A stretch of DNA of 32,000 bases from the NCBI GenBank assembly GCA_014251975.1, contig CP059204.1:450001-482000 (forward strand), in the 5' to 3' direction. The stretch comes from Blattabacterium cuenoti. Its GTDB lineage: Bacteria > Bacteroidota > Bacteroidia > Flavobacteriales > Blattabacteriaceae. Made by a program: the position numbers and the translations under genes. The notes under the pieces are model-generated. The model worked only from the letters and a program-made list of their open reading frames with translations, had not been told where the DNA came from and ran no database searches. Of the stretch, positions 19,958 through 27,723 are shown piece by piece. The first letter of the stretch is position 1. Each line of letters begins with the position of its first letter.

Positions 19958-20532
19958 TGATAAAAAAAATTGACAAAATATTAAAATATATATTATTGTT
20001 ACATAAAAATAACGTTAATATAATATTAGTATCAGAAGATAATTTTATTAAAAAATTTATTATTAATAGATATATTAATATTTTTAATAAAAAAAATACT
20101 AATACTAAATTTTTCACTATTGATAATTTTCTAGAAAATATTTCTAGATTAAAAATTATTAATAGACAAGAAATACTTTTTCAATTTTTTTATATTTTGA
20201 ATATAAATGATTTTATAGAAAAACAAGAATTAATAAATTTTTTAAAATATATGCCTGAATTATTAAATGATTTTAGTCATATTGATCTCAATATGATAAA
20301 TATTGAAAATTTTTTTTCTTATATAATTTCAATAGAAAAAATAAAAAGATGGGGTACTATAAAAAAAAATTATTTTCTTTTTCAAGAAAAAGCTTATAAA
20401 TATTATTATTTATTAAAAAATAAGTTGTTAATAAATAGGATAGTAGATAAAGGGACATTATTTAAACAAATAATTTACAAATTCAATATTTATTTTAAGT
20501 ACAATACATATAAAAATATTTTTTTTTTATAG
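19957..20532 (+). CDS. N-terminal fragment of an AddB-like PD-(D/E)XK nuclease family protein (frame-disrupted at a T10 run)
   Basis: 191 aa. The ATG overlaps the ribF stop (TAATG). The ORF ends ...YKNIFFL-TAG inside or just after the T10 run at 20519-20528. See findings. Confidence 0.55.
   Translation: MIKKIDKILKYILLLHKNNVNIILVSEDNFIKKFIINRYINIFNKKNTNTKFFTIDNFLENISRLKIINRQEILFQFFYILNINDFIEKQELINFLKYMPELLNDFSHIDLNMINIENFFSYIISIEKIKRWGTIKKNYFLFQEKAYKYYYLLKNKLLINRIVDKGTLFKQIIYKFNIYFKYNTYKNIFFL
20519..20532 (+). other. T10 homopolymer giving T_TTT_TTA followed by TAG (candidate slippage or frameshift site)
   Basis: Read directly. The upstream frame reads ATT TTT TTT TTA TAG. The -1 frame is open from 20514 and continues into the 685-aa ORF. 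Confidence 0.6.
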
Positions 20533-20543
20533 AATATTTTTCA

Positions 20544-22601
20544 TTGAATATATGGGAAAAAATTTTTTTGAAAAAAATTATTGTAAACGAAAAAGGAACA
20601 GTATACGAATTAAATAATAATAAAATTTTAATAAATAAAAATACATCACTTTTTAAAAATAATTGTTTTAAAACAAATTATAAAAAAAATATTAAAAATA
20701 TAAAAATAATTCACGTTTTAAAAGAAATAGAACAAATTAATGTATTATATAAATTAATATATAAATACAATAATAAATATATATTAATTATACTAAGTAA
20801 TATATATATATTAGATCCATTAACATATTTTATAAAAAAGAATAATTTAAAATATTCTTTAAATATAGAATATCCTATTAAAATACTTCCAATTTATTAC
20901 ACTTTTTATCATATATTCAAACTTCTATTAAATAGAAAAACACACAAAAAATTTATAAAAAGTGATATTATAAATTTTATACAAAATGGATATATACAAA
21001 AATTTTTCTTTAAAAAAAATATATTATTAAATAAACTAAATAAAAAAACAAATTCTACTTTTGTTAAATACGATTTTATTAAAAAATATTTATTAAAAAA
21101 TGATTGCAATATTATTTTTGAAACTCCAATTAATAATGTAAAAAAAATATTATGTAGTTTAATAAATTTTATTAAAAAAATAAGTAAATTTTTACAAAAA
21201 AATATAAAAAAACATAATTTAGAAATAAAATTTATTTATTATTTGGAATTATTTATTAAAAAAATAAAAATAATTTTTAGAAGAAAAAAATTTTTATTCT
21301 TTGGTATTGAAGAAATATATAATTTATATAAAAATTTTTTTAGTAGAAAAAACATTGTAAAAACTAGTAATAAAATAAATAAAATACATATTACAGGATT
21401 CACAAATTTTTTACCAAAAAAATTTGATATAACAATAGTCCTTTCTTTTAATGATGGCAATATCCCACCTAAAAAAAAAAAATCTTTACTTACATTAGAA
21501 GTAATAAAAAAATTTGGTATAGATAAAATAAATGAAGAATTTTATTCATATAATTTAGAAAAAATTAAAAAATTATCTAAAAAAATATTTTTAATATATA
21601 AAAACAATCCAGATGATATTAATTCTGGAGAAATAAGTTCTATTGTTAATAAATTATTACTGAATTATAAAAAAATAGAAAAAAACAATAAAATACATTC
21701 ATATTATGTAAAAAGAAAATCAAAACCTTTTATAATATATAAAACAAAAAATTTTGTTAAAAATTTATTACATTTAATATCTAATGGTATCTCACCTACA
21801 TTTATAAATTTATATAATTTTAATCCAATTTTATTTTACTGTAAAAAAGTTCTAGGGTTAAAAAATATAGAAGAAAAATCTAAAAAAATGATAATAGGAA
21901 ATATAATACATGAAGTATTAAAAATATTATATACCCCTATTATAGGAAGTTATATAACTGTTGAAAAAATTATTAATATTAAAAGTAAGATAGAAAATAC
22001 AATTACTAAATGTATTGTAACAAAATATAAAAAATTATTAATAAATATAGAAAAAATATTATTTTTCCATGTAATTAAAAATTATATAAATAATTTTGTA
22101 TTATTAGATGAAAAATTAATAAAAAAAAAAAAAAAAATTTTTATAGAAAATATTGAATACGAAATATCAATTTCAATAAAAATAAATTCAAGAAAAAATA
22201 TTAAATTACGTGGTATAATAGATAGAATTGATAAATATAATGGTATAGTAAGGATTTTAGATTATAAAATAAAATATTACAGTATTGAAAAAATTAATAT
22301 TTCTTTAAATGAAGTAAAATATATTTTTAATAAAAAAAAATATTCTAATATAATGCAGTTACTTTTTTATGTTTTTTTATGGTTTAAAGATAAAAAGATA
22401 AATGAAAAAATAAATCTAAAAATAATAATTATAGCACCTATAAAAAACAATATATCACAAATTAATTTTAATTTTTTCAATAAAAAAAATAATTTTATAA
22501 CATTTGAAGACTATAAAGTTTTTTTTTATCCACACTTAATTGATAAAATTGTTAATGTTTTATATAATGAAAAAAAATTAATTATAGAAAAAATTTTATA
22601 A
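20544..22601 (+). CDS. C-terminal part of the AddB-like PD-(D/E)XK nuclease family protein
   Basis: 685 aa with a C-terminal RecB/AddB-type nuclease motif (GIIDRIDK...VRILDYK). The TTG start at 20544 is probably an artefact, because this frame is open back to 20514. Confidence 0.6.
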   Translation: MNIWEKIFLKKIIVNEKGTVYELNNNKILINKNTSLFKNNCFKTNYKKNIKNIKIIHVLKEIEQINVLYKLIYKYNNKYILIILSNIYILDPLTYFIKKNNLKYSLNIEYPIKILPIYYTFYHIFKLLLNRKTHKKFIKSDIINFIQNGYIQKFFFKKNILLNKLNKKTNSTFVKYDFIKKYLLKNDCNIIFETPINNVKKILCSLINFIKKISKFLQKNIKKHNLEIKFIYYLELFIKKIKIIFRRKKFLFFGIEEIYNLYKNFFSRKNIVKTSNKINKIHITGFTNFLPKKFDITIVLSFNDGNIPPKKKKSLLTLEVIKKFGIDKINEEFYSYNLEKIKKLSKKIFLIYKNNPDDINSGEISSIVNKLLLNYKKIEKNNKIHSYYVKRKSKPFIIYKTKNFVKNLLHLISNGISPTFINLYNFNPILFYCKKVLGLKNIEEKSKKMIIGNIIHEVLKILYTPIIGSYITVEKIINIKSKIENTITKCIVTKYKKLLINIEKILFFHVIKNYINNFVLLDEKLIKKKKKIFIENIEYEISISIKINSRKNIKLRGIIDRIDKYNGIVRILDYKIKYYSIEKINISLNEVKYIFNKKKYSNIMQLLFYVFLWFKDKKINEKINLKIIIIAPIKNNISQINFNFFNKKNNFITFEDYKVFFYPHLIDKIVNVLYNEKKLIIEKIL

Positions 22602-22776
22602 ATAATTTTTATTATATTCTTCTATTTTTAAAAATACAAAAATAATAAATTATTAATTTTATGTTATATAAAAATAAAATTACAGAATAATAAAATAATA
22701 AATTAAATAAAAATTATCATTATGAAAAAAGTTATTTATTTAGAAAAATAAAATTTTAAAATACAAACAAAAATAA

Positions 22777-23124
22777 TTAATAGTCTAATATATAAAATAC
22801 TTTAATTAATAAATTAAAAAAATATGCTATTAAAAAATTTTCTAATTTAAAAAAAATATTCTTTGATTTATAAATTAATGATATAAATAAAAAAATACCA
22901 AAAAATAATTTAGTTGCTGTAAATAACATATAAATTGTAATAAATTTATCTTTTTTATCTTTTGATAAATAAAAAAAAATATTATTAAATATATATATAA
23001 ATATATATATATTTATTATTGTAAATATTGATATAGTATCAATATTTAATATAAGTAGTATAAACAATTGTATTATCCCAAAAAATAGACTTATACAATT
23101 ATATTTTATTATTTTTTTTATCAT
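22777..23124 (-). CDS. Hypothetical small membrane protein (about 4 predicted TM helices), no recognisable family
   Basis: 115-codon ORF with no gene on the opposite strand, divergent from tyrS by 12 nt. An open frame this long is unlikely by chance in such AT-rich DNA. However, the T-rich composition lowers stop frequency, so it could be spurious. Confidence 0.4.
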   Translation of the reverse strand: MIKKIIKYNCISLFFGIIQLFILLILNIDTISIFTIINIYIFIYIFNNIFFYLSKDKKDKFITIYMLFTATKLFFGIFLFISLIYKSKNIFFKLENFLIAYFFNLLIKVFYILDY

Positions 23125-23136
23125 GATTTATTAAAT

Positions 23137-24414
23137 ATGAAAAATATTATCAATGAACTCTCATGGAGAGGGTTAATACAAGATAAGGTTTTTGGAATAG
23201 AAAATATATCATATAAACCTATAATATACATTGGCTTTGATCCTACATCAGATTCTCTTCATATAGGTAGTATAATACCTATAATTATTATTATTCATTT
23301 AAAAAAAAATGGATATAATGTTTTAGTATTAATAGGTGGTGCTACAGGATTAATAGGTGATCCTTCAGATAGATATGAAAAAAAAAAATTTTTACACAAA
23401 GATATTTTAAAAAAAAATATAAAATATATAAAAAAACAAATTTTTAATTTATTGAATTTTTTTTCAGTAAAAATAGAATTATTTAATAATTACGATTGGA
23501 TAAAAAATTTATCATTTCTAGATTTTTTAAATGAAGTAGGAAATAATTTTTCAGTAAATTATTTAATATCTAAAAAATTTATTAAAAAAAGATTTACAAA
23601 TAAAAAAAATGGACTTTCAATAACTGAATTAATATATTCTCTTATTCAAGGATATGATTTTTTTTACTTAAATAATATCAAAAATTGCTTAATCCAAATT
23701 GGAGGATCAGATCAATGGGGGAATATTACTATAGGTATAGATTTAATAAGGAAAAAAACAGGTAAAAAAGCTTATGGATTTACATTTCCTTTAATAACTA
23801 AATCTGATGGTAAAAAATTTGGAAAGAGTGAAGAAAGTGGTAATATATGGTTAGATAAAAATAAAACGTCTCCGTATCAATTTTATCAATTCTGGATAAA
23901 TACAGCAGACAATGAAGTAGAAAAACTAATAAAAATGTATACTTTTTTTACTAAGGAAAAAATAAAAGAATTAATATATAAACATAATAAAAATCCTAAT
24001 AAAAGAATTTTACAAAAAGTATTAGCTGATGAAATAACTAAATGGGTACATGGCGTAAATATACATAAAGAAATTACAAAAGTTATATATATATTATTTA
24101 ATAAAAAAAATATTAATAATTTAGATTGTTTAAATGAAATAGACTGTAGTTTTATATACAAACATTTACCTAATAAAGTTATGTCTAAAAAATATTTAAA
24201 AAATGGAATTTTTGTTTCAGATTTATTAAAAAATAGTGGATTTTTTTCATCAAAAAAAAAAGCTATACATTGTATTAAAATAAATACTATTTATATAAAT
24301 AAAGTAAAAGTAAAATATAATTTTTTAGTTGGAACAAAAAATATAATATGTAAAGAATATATTTTATTACAATATGGTAAAAAAAATTTTTTTATGATAA
24401 AAATAAAAAAATAA
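23137..24414 (+). CDS. tyrS: Tyrosine--tRNA ligase
   Basis: 425 aa with a HIGH-type motif (SLHIGS), a KMSKS-type motif (KFGKS), GGSDQWGNI and a C-terminal S4-like domain. Confidence 0.93.
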   Translation: MKNIINELSWRGLIQDKVFGIENISYKPIIYIGFDPTSDSLHIGSIIPIIIIIHLKKNGYNVLVLIGGATGLIGDPSDRYEKKKFLHKDILKKNIKYIKKQIFNLLNFFSVKIELFNNYDWIKNLSFLDFLNEVGNNFSVNYLISKKFIKKRFTNKKNGLSITELIYSLIQGYDFFYLNNIKNCLIQIGGSDQWGNITIGIDLIRKKTGKKAYGFTFPLITKSDGKKFGKSEESGNIWLDKNKTSPYQFYQFWINTADNEVEKLIKMYTFFTKEKIKELIYKHNKNPNKRILQKVLADEITKWVHGVNIHKEITKVIYILFNKKNINNLDCLNEIDCSFIYKHLPNKVMSKKYLKNGIFVSDLLKNSGFFSSKKKAIHCIKINTIYINKVKVKYNFLVGTKNIICKEYILLQYGKKNFFMIKIKK

Positions 24415-24865
24415 ATAATTAATTTATTATTAGTTATTTTATATTAAAAAAATTTTTTTTATTTTTTATTTATTATTATTATTAATTTTTGTTATAAACA
24501 TTGTTTATAATTCTAAAACTAACATTTTTTTTAAAATTAATTGCTATATTTAATAATATTGTAATTTATAATCATATAAAATTTTAAAAAACATATTAAA
24601 TAAAAATTAGCTTTTTATATTTATTATAGATCGATCGGTTATAAAATAAAGTTATAAACTCCAATATAAACAAAAAAATAACAAAAAAATAAATTTACAA
24701 AAATATCCATTCCTAATATTATTTTTATAATCAATTTTTACTAATACTACTAACACCTATAGCTAAAATAAAATTAACATTATTTTTTATTTTTATAGAT
24801 TGTTTTTATATATAATAGTTTTAAAAAATTCGTATTTATTAGTTTATAATCTAATTTAATATCTA

Positions 24866-24895
24866 ATTTATTTAATTTATATTTATTTAATTTAT
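24866..24895. repeat. Perfect 15-bp tandem duplication ATTTATTTAATTTAT x2
   Basis: Read directly (24866-24880 and 24881-24895). It lies inside the 686-bp non-coding spacer. Confidence 0.8.
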
Positions 24896-25100
24896 TACCT
24901 TTTATTATTTTTAAACTAAACTATTTTTTTTATTGAATATTTTTTTTAATAAAATTAGTTTTTTTTTAAAATTATATTTTATATAATAATTTCTTTTGTA
25001 TTTACTTAAAATTGTGAAATTTTTAATAAAAAAATAATATATGTGCTATTTATTATTTAAACTTTTAATAAATACTTTAATTTAATTATTTTTTTTTGTT

Positions 25101-26210
25101 ATGAAAAAAGAAGAAATTCAATTTTTATTCAAAAAAATTGATAAAATTCGAATTATATTTAACATAGATAAATTACAAAATAATTTTTACAAAGAACAAC
25201 AAAAAATATCAAATCCAATTTTTTGGGAAAAATGTAAAAATTCTAATTTAATTATAGAAAAACTAAACAAAATAAAATATTTACTTAATAAATATTTAAA
25301 AATTAAAGAATATTTAGAAGAGCTAGAAGTAATTTATTCTATATCTAAAGAAGAAGAAGAAAATTTAGAAAAAGAATTTAAAATTAAATTAGATAAAACA
25401 AAAAAATTAATTTTTGATATAGAATTTTTATTTCTTTTTAAAAAAAAAGAAGATATTTTTAATTCTATTTTACAAATAGTTTCTGGAGCTGGTGGGACAG
25501 ATAGCTGTGATTGGACTACTATGTTGATGAGGATGTATATTATGTGGGCAGAAAAAAATAATTTTTTTGTAAAAAAAATTAATCATTTACCAGGGGATAT
25601 TACTGGGACTAAATCAGTAACCTTAGAAATTATTGGTAAATATTCATATGGATTTTTAAAAGGAGAAAATGGTGTACATAGATTAATTAGAATATCTCCT
25701 TTTAATAGTAATTCAAAAAGACATACTTCATTTTCATCTGTTTATGTATATCCTTTAATAAAAAAGAATTTAAATGTAAATATAAAAAATTCAGATATTA
25801 AATGGGAAACTTTTAGATCTAGTGGTTCAGGTGGACAAAATGTTAATAAAGTTGAAACTGGAGTTAGATTACGTCATATACCAACTGGTATCGTTATAGA
25901 AAATACAGAATATAGATCTCAAATTCAAAATAGGAAAAAAGCATTACAAATACTTAAATCTAGACTATTTGAAATAGAAATAAAAAAAAATAATAGACAA
26001 AAAAACTATATAGAATCAAAAAAAAAAAAAATTGAATGGGGGTCACAAATAAGAAATTATATAATGCATCCATATAAATTAATAAAAGATTTACGAACTA
26101 ATTATGAAACAAACAATATACAATCTGTTATGAATGGGGATATAAATATATTTTTAAAAAAATTTCTAATTTTAAAAAATAAAAATAATAATAATAATAT
26201 TTTGACATAA
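25101..26210 (+). CDS. prfB: Peptide chain release factor 2 (single uninterrupted frame)
   Basis: 369 aa with the RF2-specific SPF tripeptide (RISPFNS), the GGQ motif (SGSGGQNVNKVETGVRL), and an N-terminal region alignable by eye with E. coli RF2 through the site where the programmed +1 frameshift normally lies. Confidence 0.93.
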   Translation: MKKEEIQFLFKKIDKIRIIFNIDKLQNNFYKEQQKISNPIFWEKCKNSNLIIEKLNKIKYLLNKYLKIKEYLEELEVIYSISKEEEENLEKEFKIKLDKTKKLIFDIEFLFLFKKKEDIFNSILQIVSGAGGTDSCDWTTMLMRMYIMWAEKNNFFVKKINHLPGDITGTKSVTLEIIGKYSYGFLKGENGVHRLIRISPFNSNSKRHTSFSSVYVYPLIKKNLNVNIKNSDIKWETFRSSGSGGQNVNKVETGVRLRHIPTGIVIENTEYRSQIQNRKKALQILKSRLFEIEIKKNNRQKNYIESKKKKIEWGSQIRNYIMHPYKLIKDLRTNYETNNIQSVMNGDINIFLKKFLILKNKNNNNNILT

Positions 26211-26284
26211 AAAAAACTTATGTTATAATTTGTTTAGTATAACATATTTTATATAATAATTAATTACATTATTAATTATTTCAT

Positions 26285-26986
26285 ATGAACAATAAAAAAA
26301 TTATAATTTCTATAGATGGTTTGTCTTCTACTGGTAAGAGTACATTAGCAAAATATATATCTAAAAAATTAAAATATAAGCACATAGATACTGGAGCTAT
26401 GTATAGAAGCATTGCATGGTTAGCTATTAAAGAAAAAGTTTTTAACAGTGATTTATGGAATATAAATAATTTTATAGCAATTTTAAATAAAATAAAACTT
26501 AGATTTTATAAAGATAAAAAAAGTAATATATCTTATATTTTATTAAATGATAAAAATATACAATCTAAAATTAGATCTATAGAAGTTACTAAAAAAACAC
26601 CATTAATCGCTAGAATACCTGAAATTAGAAAAAAATTAATTTCTATTCAAAAAAAAATGGGTTTAAAAAAAGGTATTGTAGTTGATGGTAGAGATATTGG
26701 TAATTGTGTATTCCCAAAATCAGAAATAAAATTTTTTATAAAAAGTTCTTTAGAAATTAGATCTTATAGAAGATACAAAGAAATAAAAAAAACATCTTAT
26801 GAAAATATAAAAAGATACATTTCTTATAGAGATGAGTTAGATAGTATTAGAAAAATATCTCCTATTAAACAGTCTTTAGATCATATAGAGATAGATAATA
26901 CTTATATGACTATTGATCAACAATATCAATTAATTATTAAAATAATTAATAAAAAAATTTTTAAAAATAATGAAATTATTAAATAA
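26285..26986 (+). CDS. cmk: Cytidylate kinase
   Basis: 233 aa with P-loop IDGLSSTGKSTLAK, followed by HIDTGAMYR and DGRDIG motifs. Confidence 0.9.
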   Translation: MNNKKIIISIDGLSSTGKSTLAKYISKKLKYKHIDTGAMYRSIAWLAIKEKVFNSDLWNINNFIAILNKIKLRFYKDKKSNISYILLNDKNIQSKIRSIEVTKKTPLIARIPEIRKKLISIQKKMGLKKGIVVDGRDIGNCVFPKSEIKFFIKSSLEIRSYRRYKEIKKTSYENIKRYISYRDELDSIRKISPIKQSLDHIEIDNTYMTIDQQYQLIIKIINKKIFKNNEIIK

Positions 26987-27710
26987 TAAAATTGCTGTAG
27001 TTACTGGTGGTACTGGAGGTATAGGTAAATCTATAGTAAAAACTTTTGTAAAAAATGGTGCTAAAGTAATTTTTACATTTTTTTCTTCTGAAAAAGAATC
27101 AGAAAAATTAAAAAACGAATTTAAATATAATTTAGTAGAATCATATCATATAGATCTTTCTAAAAGTGAAAAATATTCCAAGGTATTAATTGAATATGTT
27201 ATAAAAAAATATGGTAATATTGATATATTGGTTAATAATGCAGGTGTAATTAGAGATAATTTATTAATTAAAACATCACAAGAAGATTGGGATTATGTTA
27301 TTAAAACAAATCTTTATTCAGTTTTTAACTTAACTAAACATGTAGTTTATCCTATGTTAAAACAAAGACAAGGAAGTATTATAAATATGACTTCTATAGT
27401 AGGTTTAATAGGTAATTATGGACAATCTAATTATGCATCATCTAAAGCAGGTATTATTGGATTTACAAAGTCTATTTCAAAAGAATTTGGAAGTAAAAAT
27501 ATTCGTTGTAATGCTATTGCTCCTGGATATATATCTACTAATATAAATGCAAAAATAAATTTAAAAATTAAAGAAAATTGGATAAAAAAAATTTCTTTGA
27601 AAAGATTTGGATTTGCTAATGAAGTAGCTAATTGTGCATTATTTTTAGCTTCAGATTTATCTAGCTATGTTACAGGATCTATTTTACATGTTAACGGTGG
27701 TATAATTTGA
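26970..27710 (+). CDS. fabG: 3-oxoacyl-ACP reductase (SDR family)
   Basis: 246 aa with TGGTGGIGKS, NNAG and the YASSK catalytic motif. It ends in TGA and overlaps cmk by 17 nt. Confidence 0.9.
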   Translation: MKLLNNKIAVVTGGTGGIGKSIVKTFVKNGAKVIFTFFSSEKESEKLKNEFKYNLVESYHIDLSKSEKYSKVLIEYVIKKYGNIDILVNNAGVIRDNLLIKTSQEDWDYVIKTNLYSVFNLTKHVVYPMLKQRQGSIINMTSIVGLIGNYGQSNYASSKAGIIGFTKSISKEFGSKNIRCNAIAPGYISTNINAKINLKIKENWIKKISLKRFGFANEVANCALFLASDLSSYVTGSILHVNGGII

Positions 27711-27723
27711 ATAATTATAAAAA

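Noticed and set aside
19935-20117. 60-aa ORF on the minus strand
   Set aside because: It is antisense to the ribF end and the start of the AddB-like gene, so it is a shadow ORF.
20544-20546. TTG as an independent start of the 685-aa ORF
   Set aside because: The frame is open from 20514 through the T10 run, and the upstream ORF looks like the missing N-terminus of the same protein family. An independent start is less likely than a frame disruption.
20909-21109. 66-aa ORF on the minus strand
   Set aside because: It is antisense to the AddB-like gene, so it is a shadow ORF.
21239-21460. 73-aa ORF on the minus strand
   Set aside because: It is antisense to the AddB-like gene, so it is a shadow ORF.
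23886-24161. 91-aa ORF on the minus strand
   Set aside because: It is antisense to tyrS, so it is a shadow ORF.
24492-24510. Hairpin after tyrS as a rho-independent terminator
   Set aside because: The stem is 8 bp with a single G-C pair and a 3-nt loop. It lies about 80 nt after the stop and is not followed by a T-run, so it is too weak to call a terminator.
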